From the IMG/VR virus record IMGVR_UViG_3300032046_004423, positions 31,358-95,357 of that record: a DNA stretch of 64,000 nucleotides, one strand, 5' to 3'. A program made the position numbers and the translations under genes. How positions within the stretch are numbered: position 1 is the stretch's first letter; every line of letters starts with the position of its first letter. Of the stretch, positions 10,102-21,601 are shown piece after piece. The stretch comes from a virus. Taxonomy: Duplodnaviria > Heunggongvirae > Uroviricota > Caudoviricetes. The notes beneath the pieces were generated by a model. The model made no database searches and was not told the DNA's origin. It saw nothing but the letters and a program-made list of their open reading frames with translations.

Positions 10102-11775
10102 TTGACTGGGAAGTAAGGAAGGCTGAGCCTGGGGATGTTATTAGAATTACTGGACTGGCTAAGAACTATGATAGCTTCCTAATGCCATACATACTCAACG
10201 AGTTTGTAGTTGGAAACTACCTGGACCAGTTTCTAGTAGCTGAGAAAGATGGTGTGGTTGGTGGGGCAGTTCACTATATTGACAAGATTGAATACCATAA
10301 GGTGGGTGTACGGGCTTCTGACAAGGTTGATTGTTTCCTATACTACGTGAAGCAAGTCCCGGAATGCATCATATTGGAATTTATCTCCAATCAGCCTAAG
10401 ACAGCCTTCCTAGGGCAGATAGTTTGTCCAGGCAAGGGTAGTTTCTATGCTATACTAGAGGAGCTAAAGAAGCAGTATGACGAACTGTGGTGCTGGATGT
10501 CGATAGAAGGTCCTTCCTATAGTTCCTATGAGAGGTACGGATTCAAGTTTTTTGAGAGGAGGACGTTCTGGAATATCTATAAGTGCGATTATTCTACTTT
10601 CACTCTAGGAAAGTGGAAAAAGGAGGAAACAAATGGAGTTAATAAAGTTGGGGGATAATCTATATGACCTGAGGGTACCTTTCTGGACCTGGAGCTCAAG
10701 GAAGATACTTACTAAAGCTATCCTTAAACTACAGGAAGAAGGTAAAATAATTACTGCAGTCCAAAAGTGTATTTCCTGGATAGACCACTACATAATTTGC
10801 ACTACTGACAAGAAGTAGGGACAAGTTTAGCGATGAAAAGGCTACTAATAGTAATTAGTATTATTCTATTCTGCCTTTTGGTACTTCTAGTCCCCAGGCC
10901 GGAACCTGAAGAGATTTCTTCTGTAAAGGTATCTAGCTACCCAACCTACTGCTTCTCTTACTCCTGGTCAGTCTTTTTCATCTCTCCTTATGAGGCTAAG
11001 GAGTACTTCGAGAAATTAGATAGCACTTTTAGTGGAGAAAATGAGAGTGTAATTTACCCCCTAGGTACTTGGGAACAATTCAAATGGTCAGAATACCCTA
11101 TGGGCTGGTATTTGAAAGTTACTGTACCAATAGAAGATGGGTATAGAATACCTGAAATTATTGATAAACTTAAGCAGTTAGGAGCCTTAAGGGGGTATAA
11201 TGAGTCTAGTTGGGAAGGAGTTATAGATGGATAAAGGTAGATGTCCTTATACTAAAAGTGGTGACTGGCCAGATAGAAGATTAGTTAAAATTATAAAGAG
11301 TGCACTTAAATCCCCCAAGGAGCTATGTCCTGATTGTATGTTGGAGGTAGTTTATGGAGGCTCGGGTGAAGTAGCTTGGTGTGAATGCCCAAAATGTAGT
11401 GAGTCTATTGGAAGTCCTACTATAATGTAGTGCAGGGGTATCAAGAGGAGGTAATAGATGGAAAAGAGTAAGAGACTCTGGTGGCCTATAATAACTGGGG
11501 AAAAAGAAAATCCAGAGGAAGACTTAGTAATAGGATTTTCTGTTGTGAAGCCTGGGTATGCAGGAATAACTCTAGAGGAGGGGCATACTCTCACCACGAA
11601 AGAAATCCTGCAAGAGTGTGGTGGTGCCTACTCCTTAAGGAAGCAAATACAGGGGGATGTAGCAACTTTACTGGGAGCTATAGATATATTTGAGGGGGCT
11701 ATAGATGGATGAAAAAGTAAAGATAAGGATGACAGATGACCAGGGGCATTTCTACTTTAGAGGTAAAGAGGAAGT

Positions 11776-12108
11776 ATGAAGTTTATAATACCACCACAAT
11801 TCCAAATGGGGGCCAGGACTTTTAGAGTTAGAATCAATGATAAGCTACTTAAGGAGTTAAACTTCAAGGGACAGCTCGTTGACAGGGAGGAATTAGTTAG
11901 ATTATCCCAACGCTCACCTCTATCAATGTTTGAGTCACTAGTACACGAGATGCTACATGAAGCTCACTATCTTTGTGGTTTGGATGATGCTACGGATGCA
12001 TTTGAGGCAAAAGTTATAGCACTATCTAGTTTTATAGCGCAGGGACTAGTCTCACTAGGTATTGAACCGGATTTTAGTCTAGTACCTGATGAAGAAGATA
12101 CAGAGTAA
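11776..12108 (+). CDS. small HExxH protein (possible zincin-like)
   Basis: VHEMLHEAHYLCG. Weak. Confidence 0.3.
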   Translation: MKFIIPPQFQMGARTFRVRINDKLLKELNFKGQLVDREELVRLSQRSPLSMFESLVHEMLHEAHYLCGLDDATDAFEAKVIALSSFIAQGLVSLGIEPDFSLVPDEEDTE

Positions 12109-12653
12109 GTGAGAGTAAAAAGGGAGGTTTCTATAAAGTGGCAAACTATGATGCTACTGGTAATCAAAAGAGAGCAATAACCAGATTATGTATAGCTCTT
12201 GGCATTAAAGAACCGATTGAGGAGGAGCAAATGTCCTCTGGTATTGCTGGAAAGTTAATTCGGCAGTTATATGCTAGGCTTAGAGTTGAGAGGAAGCAGT
12301 TAAGAAGGAGAAAATGATAAAAGAGGAACGTCTACACTTGATGTCCATATGGACAAAAGAAGGCTACTATAACTCACAACATAGTAAGGTCGCAGCTGAA
12401 GTACTAGATAAGTTATCAACTGAGTTAAATGGGCATAATATCAAGTTTGAGGAAGATCCTACCTGGCCTTACCACATACTTGTCCCTAACCTAGGAGGGA
12501 AGTATATAAGTCTATTTTGTGGTGGTTTTAGAAATACTATTGAGATTCAGCAACTGAAAAAAGATGGTACAGCTGATATTAGATTTAAAGAGGAAGCTTT
12601 TTCTACTGTTAAGGGTGCCACTAATTACTTACTAAAGAGAGGATTGGGAAAGG

Positions 12654-13163
12654 ATGTATGAAGCTTATATAGATGGAGCCTGTGAACCTAGAAATCCTGG
12701 GGGGACAGTCTCTTATGGTATTATAGTTTATAGGGTGGATGAGAAGAAGGTAGATAAGGAGGATCTACCAACAGGCCAACTATACCAAATTATTGAGAAC
12801 ATAATAGGAAAAGTAGTATGGAAGGCCTGTGGTATTGTAGGTAGTGGTCTAGGTATGAGTAATAATGTAGGAGAGTATGCTGCTCTAGTTAAACTACTAG
12901 AGTGGCTAAGTAAAACTTTATCCCCAAGTGAGAATGCTAAAATCTATAGCGATAGCAAAATGCTAGTTAACCAGATGATAGGTGAGTGGTCAGCTCATCC
13001 TAGTAAGTTATACTATCCTTATTACCAGAAGGCATCAGCTCTAATGTTAGCTAATAAGTTTGTTGGTAGAGTCATATTTTTTTGGGTTCCTAGAGAGTCA
13101 AATCAAGCTGATGCACTAACAGTTGAAGCCTTGGCCAAGGTTGGTATAGTTAGAAGGAGGTAA
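12654..13163 (+). CDS. rnhA: RNase H (type I)
   Basis: IDGACEPRNPGG (DG...NPG), GEYAAL (E), YSDSKM (D), WVPRESNQADAL (the H..N..AD.LA tail). Confidence 0.8.
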   Translation: MYEAYIDGACEPRNPGGTVSYGIIVYRVDEKKVDKEDLPTGQLYQIIENIIGKVVWKACGIVGSGLGMSNNVGEYAALVKLLEWLSKTLSPSENAKIYSDSKMLVNQMIGEWSAHPSKLYYPYYQKASALMLANKFVGRVIFFWVPRESNQADALTVEALAKVGIVRRR

Positions 13164-13164
13164 A

Positions 13165-13692
13165 GTGATTAGAGTTGAGAAGGTATGGGAAGGAATAAGA
13201 TCCGAGGGGCTTAACTACGGTTTACCTACAACATTCCTTAAGTTAGGACCCGGTCCGGATTACAACTCAGAGGATCTGGTTAAAGAAATACTAATGCAGA
13301 CCAGATGTAAGTGGGTATGTATACTTGGTGAAAGTACAACTCAGATTGGTATTGGGACACTAGTTAAGGGCTTATCTACAGTTGGAATGTATATTGAGGT
13401 TGAGGTTGGTGGCTCCATAAAGGATCCAGGCTGGCTACATACTGTTGATAGATGGTTAGTTGACTATGTTAAGGAACCTACTTTTAACTATGGGGCACTG
13501 AGAACCCAGGATATGATTAGATTTGTGGTTGAAGGCAGAGGAGATTTGAATTTTGCTATTTCAGGTTTCGAGGAACTGAAGTTATTCCCAGGTACTAAGT
13601 TTATTAGATTAACGGATAGTGAACTAGAGAATGAAGCTTTTGCCTTAGTTAGGAAATATGACCGTTCAAGACTATATGAGGAAAGAAGGTAA
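13165..13692 (+). CDS. QueE-like pseudo-paralog lacking all Fe-S cysteines
   Basis: [29 protein letters not shown] parallels the real QueE [31 protein letters not shown], but the cysteines are replaced. [11 protein letters not shown] corresponds to [27 protein letters not shown] to [17 protein letters not shown], and [12 protein letters not shown] to [12 protein letters not shown]. Confidence 0.6.
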   Translation: [175 protein letters not shown]

Positions 13693-13876
13693 AGATGCAA
13701 TTCTTTTTGCTTGCAGGAGTCCTACTTATAGCAGCAGTTGTAGGGAATCTCCTCACAAAGAAGTATCCTAAGTTACTAGGAGCAGTTTGGTTTATTCTTC
13801 CAGTATGCTGTGTTGGGGTAGGTATCTATGGGATTGTAGTAGTAATAGGAGCACTACAGAGTTTGGAGGGGAAATA

Positions 13877-14839
13877 GTGTTAGCTCAGGCAGTACTAGCA
13901 GGCAGCGTACCCCAAAAGGATAGGATTCACACTGGGCAGTTAACTGTTACTGGTATATCGCCGTGTTCTTACAGTACTTATCTTAATTACCTCCATCTAG
14001 ATGATGAGAAGTTTGACCCATTAGCTAGGCTGAGAATGAAGAATGGAAAATGGCAAGAACTTGAGGTGCTAGAAGATTTAAGGAGGGCGGGCTTTAGATT
14101 AAGGCATACAGGCAGTAATCAACTTACAGTCCATGTAGGCAAGGTACCTATAGCTGGGAGGCCAGATGGCCTAATAATAGTTGATGACCGAGAAGATTTA
14201 CTAGAAATTAAGGCTATGAGCCTAGATATGTATACTAATTTTAAGCAAAAGGGAATCGATGCTTTTCCAGGTTATAAATGCCAAACACAACTTTATCTTG
14301 CAAGTGAGGAGTTAAAGGATAAGGTAAAGGGTTGCTGGATTTATGTTAAGCATAAAGATAGTTGTAGGCCCTATGATATATTTATGGAGAGGGATGAAGC
14401 TTACTCTAAACCGATTATAGAAGCTGTAGATGAGATTGTACTTAGACAAGCTGAGATAAAGAGACCGGATGAACCCATTCCTCTCTGTTCTCACTGTAGG
14501 CACAGGTTGTACTGTTGGAAATCTGAGCTTCTTGATACTAGTGGTATAAAAACCCTAACTAAACCTGAAGTAGTACAAATGTGGTTAGAGGGACAATTTC
14601 ATCTTGATATGGGTAAACAGCTAAATGAGGATGCTAGAGTCTTGCTTAAGGAATTTCTAGGAGATAATGATGTTCTCTATATTGAAGACCAAACTGTATT
14701 ACTCGAGGTTAGAAAGATAATACAGCATAGAACTGGAATTAGTGAGGCCAAGTTTATAGAAAAATTCGGTGCTGCAGCTTTAGCTGATGTTACTGAAGTA
14801 GTCCTAGTCCCACAGATGCGTGTATCTAGAAAAGATTAA
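13877..14839 (+). CDS. PD-(D/E)XK nuclease with a C-terminal Cys cluster (Cas4/RecB-exonuclease-like); probable GTG start
   Basis: GRPDGLIIVDDREDLLEIKAM is a D..(D/E).K motif. CSHCRHRLYC near the C-terminus. An in-frame GTG at 13877 is preceded by ggagggg, and the upstream part overlaps another ORF. Confidence 0.5.
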   Translation: MLAQAVLAGSVPQKDRIHTGQLTVTGISPCSYSTYLNYLHLDDEKFDPLARLRMKNGKWQELEVLEDLRRAGFRLRHTGSNQLTVHVGKVPIAGRPDGLIIVDDREDLLEIKAMSLDMYTNFKQKGIDAFPGYKCQTQLYLASEELKDKVKGCWIYVKHKDSCRPYDIFMERDEAYSKPIIEAVDEIVLRQAEIKRPDEPIPLCSHCRHRLYCWKSELLDTSGIKTLTKPEVVQMWLEGQFHLDMGKQLNEDARVLLKEFLGDNDVLYIEDQTVLLEVRKIIQHRTGISEAKFIEKFGAAALADVTEVVLVPQMRVSRKD

Positions 14840-16829
14840 AGGAGGTTATAATGAATGGGGGGGAAAACTATTTACGCCACGAGTTGTGCCACAGGTGTTT
14901 ACACTATGCTAGACATCTACGAGTCGTAGGCATTCCCTTTGGGACTGCTATGAAACAACACCTGCAAGATTATTTACTTGGACTTCTTGATGGAATAGAA
15001 GTAGGTACTAGAACTAGTAGGAAACTTATTAAAGAAGGGATTAAGGAGTTTAGAAATAGTAATAGAATAGAGAAGGAAGGTATTTAAGGATGCTTCGAAA
15101 AGTAGTAACGTGGTTACTTGTCAGACTGCATTTAAAGGGTCCTTCTACTAAGCCTGGAATAGAGGTACTGATGGATGTAACACCCTTTGTCTATGGAATG
15201 CTACTCATTGTGGGAGCTATAAAGTGGCTTTGCCCAGAAGGAGTACACATACCCTGGTATAGGCGATGGCAGTACTGGTTGAAGTACTACTTTAGACATT
15301 TGAGAGCTGTTGTAGTCGGTTACTAGATTTGATGAGGTCAGGGAGACGGTAAAGATTAGATGAATAAACTGATTATTCCCGATGTAGAACCTAATCTACT
15401 AGATTTGGAACCTTACAATAAGTGTGTAGAGGAGATTTACGCTAGGCTAAAAACTAGACACCCTGACTGGATTGAGTTAGATGAAGCTTTAAGCTTGGAT
15501 ATAATGTTGAAGAACACTATTCTAATATCCCTAGTAGGAAAGACTTTCATTATACCTGAGAAACTAGTTAGAGCTAGACGGTACTTAACTAGTCTTAATA
15601 GACTGATTAGTAATATGTTTTCCGTAGCAAGGCATTATTCTTGGAATTTTATTGTTATTGGGCCGAGTCTAGAATCACTTGACGTAAGGATAAGAGATTA
15701 TATAACAGGAGTAGAAATTTGGGATGGAAGTACTGAGTGAATCTAGGAGGAGTATTATGAGAAGTAAACTACTTAGAGTCTGCAAAGTACTACAGCGTGG
15801 TATAAATATCTTGATGAAGAAAGTTGAGAATAATGAAGACTGCCCGGGCTTTATAAGGGCGGTGAAACTAGTTGATGATTGTTCTCTGGAACATTTTATC
15901 TTGACTGGTAATTTTAGCTGTGACCTCTGCCCGGTTAAGGAAGCTTGTGTTAGTCTCTGGGATGGATATGCTGTAAATATTGCTCCTTATAGGATTGGGG
16001 GTTCAGGTTTGCATACCTACCCAGAGTTCGCAAAGATGTTTAGAGGTATTAGAAAAACTAGGAGTAGGAAGTTATATAAAGTCATAGAAAGGGGAAAATG
16101 TCTAACTTTATTTGGCAGGATATAGTTCTAATGGTAGGAGGATTTATCTTTGCACCGGCTCTCATTGTTTCCATTGTAAAGAAGGCAAAGTATCCTGTCT
16201 TAACTTCGCTACCTACAGCTTTGGGATTAACCATATTCATTGCCTGCTATGTAACCCTTGGCTTATATCTTGCTGCGATAGCTACAATCTTAACAGCAGC
16301 TTGTTGGTATATACTACTTATTAGGAGATAAGGATTTGCCCGAAGTGCAGGTCTGCTTACTGGGATAAAGAGAGGATTAGAGGATGTTTGAAGTGAAGTT
16401 TGAAATGAAAAGGGCATTATGTTTTCTAGGTTGGGTTTCTACAGTTCTTATTCTAGTTGGAATTAGTATAGCCATTTTAAGTAACTCTACTATTAGAGGA
16501 AACAACCTGGCCTTCGGTAGTTTAGTATCTGTATTTGTCGTAGTTCCTATAGCTTATGCTGTTGTTTCTTATTATTTGGTGTACTCCACCATGGTCAGAT
16601 GGGTGAAGAAGAAAGATAAATATGTAAGACACCTTACTGGGATAAAGAGAGAATGATGACTAACAAGATGATAGTTTTGATAACTACACATTCACTTTGC
16701 TGGATAGGTATATTGGATCACCTATTCTGGCTAACTATACTGGCAATTCCAGCTTTTATCACAATGGTATTTCTAGTCCTTATAGAAGCCAGTACTACAG
16801 GAGAAAATAGGCAGTAAGGATGTATAGAA

Positions 16830-17171
16830 ATGAACATCTTTAAAGAAAAGATAAGTAAGTTTCTAGCTAAAAAGTTGGCTAAGAGACTACCAAAGGAGGA
16901 TTTTCTGGCCCAGCTTAAAGAAGCATGGGCCCCCGAGATGCATGGTAAGGATGTTGATAAGATAGTTGAGGATACTAGAAAAAGAATTAAAGCTTCTGGG
17001 ATAGAAGATGCTTTTAGCTCAGCGGGGATAACAGATGATGACTTGAGGAAGGTAGTACAGGAGATTATAGATAAGAGAGGTGCACCTATAAAAGTTGAGG
17101 AGAAACCTGAAAGGAACGCACCTTGTCCCTGTGGGAGTGGGAAGAAGTATAAGTATTGCTGTGGTAAGTAA
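16830..17171 (+). CDS. SEC-C motif protein
   Basis: C-terminal [18 protein letters not shown] is the SecA-type metal-binding SEC-C motif. Confidence 0.6.
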   Translation: MNIFKEKISKFLAKKLAKRLPKEDFLAQLKEAWAPEMHGKDVDKIVEDTRKRIKASGIEDAFSSAGITDDDLRKVVQEIIDKRGAPIKVEEKPERNAPCPCGSGKKYKYCCGK

Positions 17172-17173
17172 AA

Positions 17174-17231
17174 TGGGTAGTGAAGACAAGAGATACTTCG
17201 GACGAATGAATTCTCTCGTTGCTTGTTCTCC
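17174..17231 (+). ncRNA. Y-RNA-like hairpin 1 (upstream of the Ro60 homolog)
   Basis: 5' gggtagtgaagacaagag and 3' ctcgttgcttgttctccc arms. They share the tagtgaaga and cttgttctcc boxes with two further copies. Confidence 0.4.
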
Positions 17232-17392
17232 CATTAAATATGTGGGCTCTGCCCTGGGTGACTGGACGGTGGTCCCGTACTGCTGGTTATCCCATAACCC
17301 AGCTGGTAGTCCAGATGAAACTAGCGAAAGTAAACTTAGTAAACTAGGTTGAAAAGGGCATCCCACTTACCAATATTACAGACTAGTAAAAA

Positions 17393-17473
17393 GACTGGTA
17401 GTGAAGAGTAGGATTACATCGAAAAATGGATTCGAGCCGAAAGGCCGTTATCCTGCTTGCTTGTTCTCCAGTC
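17393..17473 (+). ncRNA. Y-RNA-like hairpin 2
   Basis: gactggtagtgaagagtaggat pairs with atcctgcttgcttgttctccagtc (terminal gactgg/ccagtc and aggat/atcct). Confidence 0.45.
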
Positions 17474-17592
17474 AAAATGCTTGCCAGTACCCAAACTATA
17501 AAGATAATAAGGAATGGGCGAGGGTGGAATTCCCTAACCGAGTAGCAGGGTGAAGTAGGCTACCGTCTGGTAAGCTAAAAAAGAAAGAAAGA

Positions 17593-17662
17593 GTGGATAG
17601 TGAAGATAGCAGATACTTCGTATAAATCATATACATTAAACTGCTATCACTTGTTCTTCCAC
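17593..17662 (+). ncRNA. Y-RNA-like hairpin 3
   Basis: gtggatagtgaagatagcag pairs with ctgctatcacttgttcttccac. Confidence 0.45.
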
Positions 17663-18048
17663 TAAGCTGGTTACACTTAAGGGCGGAGAAGCAGTAGTAA
17701 GCAACAGGACAGCAACCCGAACTGTCTACTAGCCAGCAAAAGACTAATTGCCTGAGCCGAGGGTCTGTTAATGTTCACAGAAAACCTAGAACAGGTGAAG
17801 TCGAAATACGTAATTCCAAACGGAGTTTCCGACGTGGCTAATAGCAGAGGAAGCGTAGACCTGACGGAAGTATTAGGCTTGGTGGAGACAAGCAGATTAG
17901 ATGGTTGCGTGTAGGCTCAGGCGCAATCTGGGTGAGGGTGCAAGACGAGAAAACTATTTAGTAGGTTGCTCGCAACTTGGTGAAGATAAATGCAGTACCA
18001 AGCTGACAGCCCTTACCCAGTAAAATGTAAAGTAAGAGGAGGTTTTAG

Positions 18049-19350
18049 ATGTCAAAACTAAATGTAAAACAACAACCAATCTACACCCATGAAGGAGGTA
18101 GGGCAAAACGGATAAATGCTGAACAGCAGCTAAGACGTTCTGTTATGGGCTGTCTCCTATGGGAGGACCAGTTCTATGAGGATGGAATTTCTATCGCTGA
18201 GAGGATTAAGAGTCTCGTACCTCAGGTAGAGGCTAAAAAGGTAGCGGAAATAGCTATCGAGGCTAGACTGAAAATGAAGTTACGCCATGCCCCACTCTTA
18301 ATAGTAAGAGAGATGGCTAGGCATGATACTCATAAGAGCTTGGTATCTAGTACACTAAGCCGAATTATTCAGAGAGTTGATGAGCTATCTGAGTTCCTGG
18401 CTATCTACTGGCAAGAAGGAAAGCAACCTATATCAGCTCAGGCTAAGAGGGGTTTAGCTGAGGCTTTTACAAAGTTTGACTCCTACCAGTTAGCTAAGTA
18501 TAACCGGGATGCTACAGTAAAACTGAGAGATGTACTATTTCTCTGTCACGCTAAGCCTAAGGATGAGGCACAGGGCGAGGTATGGAAGCAGTTAGTAGAT
18601 GGAACACTGCCAATTCCTGACACCTGGGAGGTTGCCTTATCTTCCGGTACAGATAAGAAGACTTCCTGGGAGAGATTACTGCGAGAAGATAAGCTAGGAG
18701 CATTAGCTCTCTTAAGGAATCTGCGTAATATGGAAAGTGTTGGTGTCGACAGTCACTTAGTAAAGGAAAGATTATCTACTATGAGAGTAGAAAGAGTATT
18801 ACCATTCAGATTTATAGCTGCTGCGAAGTATGCTCCTCAGTGGGAAAATACTATTGAGGAGGCCATGATGAGGGCACTTTCTAGCGCTGAGAAACTAAGT
18901 GGAAAAACCTTACTACTCATAGATGTATCTGGTAGTATGACTGAAAATCTATCCAGTAAGTCAGAAATGACTAGAATGGATGCTGCTGCTGGATTAGGCA
19001 TATTAGCTAGAGAGATACTTGACTGCAGGGTATTTACTTTTTCTACTAAGTTAGTTGAAATTCCAGCAAGACATGGATTTGCCTTGCGAGATGCTATAGT
19101 TAATAGCCAAATGCATAGTGCTACCTATCTAGGTGATGCTGTTAGGAGCTTGCTAGGACTACCACATGACCGCCTAATAGTTATTTCTGATGAGCAAGCA
19201 CATGATGATATCCCCAATCCAGTAACTAGGAGCTATGTAGTAAATGTGGCTTCATTTGAGAATGGTGTAGGTTATGGAGCTTGGACCCACATAGATGGTT
19301 GGAGTGAGGCAGTACTAGACTATATCCGTGCTTTTGAGAGAGTAGGATAG
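18049..19350 (+). CDS. rsr: Ro60-like TROVE plus vWA protein (Rsr homolog)
   Basis: C-terminal vWA MIDAS LLLIDVSGSM. Long N-terminal alpha-rich region. Preceded by an 870-nt ORF-free region carrying three Y-RNA-like repeats. Confidence 0.55.
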   Translation: MSKLNVKQQPIYTHEGGRAKRINAEQQLRRSVMGCLLWEDQFYEDGISIAERIKSLVPQVEAKKVAEIAIEARLKMKLRHAPLLIVREMARHDTHKSLVSSTLSRIIQRVDELSEFLAIYWQEGKQPISAQAKRGLAEAFTKFDSYQLAKYNRDATVKLRDVLFLCHAKPKDEAQGEVWKQLVDGTLPIPDTWEVALSSGTDKKTSWERLLREDKLGALALLRNLRNMESVGVDSHLVKERLSTMRVERVLPFRFIAAAKYAPQWENTIEEAMMRALSSAEKLSGKTLLLIDVSGSMTENLSSKSEMTRMDAAAGLGILAREILDCRVFTFSTKLVEIPARHGFALRDAIVNSQMHSATYLGDAVRSLLGLPHDRLIVISDEQAHDDIPNPVTRSYVVNVASFENGVGYGAWTHIDGWSEAVLDYIRAFERVG

Positions 19351-20341
19351 TATGCATGAAGAACAGTAAAAGAGGAGACAATGGAAACGAAAGACACTTA
19401 CAACCCCTATCCAGAAAAGGAAAGAAAAGAGATTCCTTCAGCTGCTTGGATATTCACAGAACGGCTAAAGTTTACCAATGGAGTAAACAATAGCGTTCCA
19501 ACTGAATGGGAGCAACACTTAGCTGAAATCTCTTTCAAGGCGGGGATGAAGAAGGGCATTTGGTTATATGCTTGGTGGAAGGATGGGGTGCAGTATGTTG
19601 GTACTACTGGAAGGACACTAGCAGAAGCATTAAAGGAGGTAGATGATGGTGGATAATCCGTATATTCATAACCACAATAATCCGACTTTCCCATGTAAAG
19701 CCTGCATATTTGAGGAGGGCATAGAGGCAAGCCTAAAAGAAGTGGGGAAGTGGTTGGAAAAACATGCTGTAAGCCATACTGATACCTGGGGCAATACAAT
19801 AAAAGGATTTTGGCGGGAAATGTATGGTGACCCTAAACAGAAAGATGATTGGCATAATCTTATTGAAGTCCTAACATGTGGTAAGATACCGGAGGTCTAA
19901 GAATATTAAGGAGATATGGATAGGTATTTAAATAGGCTGGTGCTGTTGAAGTGCCTGAAATATGCGCCAATAGGATTGGAAGAAGTATGAACTCTTTGGC
20001 ACTCTGAGTGGAATGCTCCAATGCAAACGCACGGTGTACTCCAGCTAAGTGAACCGAGCCGAATAGTCGGTCTGCCAGCAGGAAGAAAAAATGAAGATTA
20101 AAGATTTATTAGAGGAAATCGAGCGATGTAAGGGCGAATATGGTGATGAGTTTTTGGAATGGGATGTCTTTACTGAGCAGATATGTGAGGAGGATAAGCA
20201 GGCAAAGAAAGCAAATCCTCAATGGAAGTGGCTCAGAGATAATGAGGACTGGGAGTATCTGGAGTGTGCTGGCTTCTGGACTACGTTTCCTAAGGAAAGA
20301 GCTTTTACTATAAATGTCAATTACTAGAAGAACTCTAATAA

Positions 20342-20983
20342 TTGGGGGATTTATGTATGAAAGAAATAACTGGGGATATTTGGGATTACTATAAGCAGGG
20401 ATATTGGATAGTAATTACTACCAATGGAACTGTGAAGAAAAATGGTGAAGCAGTAATGGGTAAGGGTATTGCTTTGCAGGCTAGGTTGCGATTTCCAGAA
20501 CTACCTCGTAGACTAGGAAGGCTGCTTGATATATATGGCAATATACCTAATATATTTCGTGACCTTCGGGTAATTTCTTTCCCTACTAAGTACCATTGGG
20601 CCTCACCGGCAGATATTGATCTAATAGAAGAAGGTTGCAAGAAGCTTGTGGAGGGACTTAAGCTACTTGGCCTAGATAGACTTTACTTGACCCGTCTAGG
20701 ATGTAGTAATGGTAGACTAGATTGGAAGGATGTCAAGCCAGTCCTTGAAAGATATTTAGATGATAGATTTATAGTAGTGGAGAAGTCTAGAGGAGGAGTA
20801 AGTAATGAAAGTAACTTAATTGGGTTTGAGAAAGTCTATAAAAGTAGTGGCTGTGGTGGTGGTTATTATGCTAACCACGCTGTAAAAAGTGGTATGGATA
20901 ACTCACACCTAAAGTTGGACTGTAAGGCTTGCTATGAGAATAAAACTGGTTGCTTTGCTATTATTACAAAGAAAGAGTCGTAA
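20342..20983 (+). CDS. Macro domain protein (ADP-ribose binding/hydrolase) with a Cys-rich C-terminal extension
   Basis: ITGDIWDY...WIVITTNGTVKKNGEAVMGKGIALQA fits the macro GDIT...IVNAAN...GGGV.GAI signature. RVISFPTKYHWASP fits the FPAISTG...P loop. Confidence 0.5.
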   Translation: MGDLCMKEITGDIWDYYKQGYWIVITTNGTVKKNGEAVMGKGIALQARLRFPELPRRLGRLLDIYGNIPNIFRDLRVISFPTKYHWASPADIDLIEEGCKKLVEGLKLLGLDRLYLTRLGCSNGRLDWKDVKPVLERYLDDRFIVVEKSRGGVSNESNLIGFEKVYKSSGCGGGYYANHAVKSGMDNSHLKLDCKACYENKTGCFAIITKKES

Positions 20984-21010
20984 ACGGGAGTAAGTAAAGG
21001 GGAGGTATTT

Positions 21011-21547
21011 ATGAAAAGGTTTCTTAAAAAGGGTTATGGGATGATGGCTAGTATAGTATCGGTTATACTAGTCCTATGTCTAGTTAGTGGAATTGGTCTA
21101 GTTTCTGCTCAAGGTACCCTCTTCTTGTCTGGAACAATCAACGTGCAGATAGTGCCGCGGCCTCAGGCTTTAGAGGTTGAGTATCTAAGCCCAAGTAATA
21201 ACAGCTGGGTGAATGATACTGTCAATTCAACCTACACTGTAAGTGGTACTAATTGGACTTCGTTTGAAAATAGCACTCCTATAAATCTAACAGGTCTCTA
21301 CACATATAGCACATTTAATATACCTTTTAAAGTAACTAGTAGTGGCTACACAGTAGATAAGATAGTAAGTTTAAGCACTGCTAGCCTATGTATCGATTTT
21401 GCTACTATTAGTGTAAACAGTACCTGGATAAATACAACAGGAGTATCTATACCAGCAAATGGGACTCCTATAACAAACTATGTTATTATCACTACCTATG
21501 GCTGGTCAGGCAATTGTTCAATAATATTGAACTGGAAAGTACTATAG
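21011..21547 (+). CDS. secreted protein rich in NxS/T sequons
   Basis: Signal peptide ...LVSAQG, and at least 10 N-x-S/T sequons in 150 aa. Confidence 0.5.
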   Translation: MKRFLKKGYGMMASIVSVILVLCLVSGIGLVSAQGTLFLSGTINVQIVPRPQALEVEYLSPSNNSWVNDTVNSTYTVSGTNWTSFENSTPINLTGLYTYSTFNIPFKVTSSGYTVDKIVSLSTASLCIDFATISVNSTWINTTGVSIPANGTPITNYVIITTYGWSGNCSIILNWKVL

Positions 21548-21601
21548 GAGTATACTTACTACTCTTAGGCTGGTGGAAATAGTTCGAGAGGAAGGTGAAG
21601 T

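Noticed and set aside
10098-10658. GNAT acetyltransferase call for the 186-aa ORF
   Set aside because: No convincing Q/RxxGxG/A acetyl-CoA motif. Left as hypothetical.
13165-13692. Calling this ORF a functional second QueE
   Set aside because: All three cluster cysteines and the GGEP SAM motif are replaced. It is annotated as a pseudo-paralog instead.
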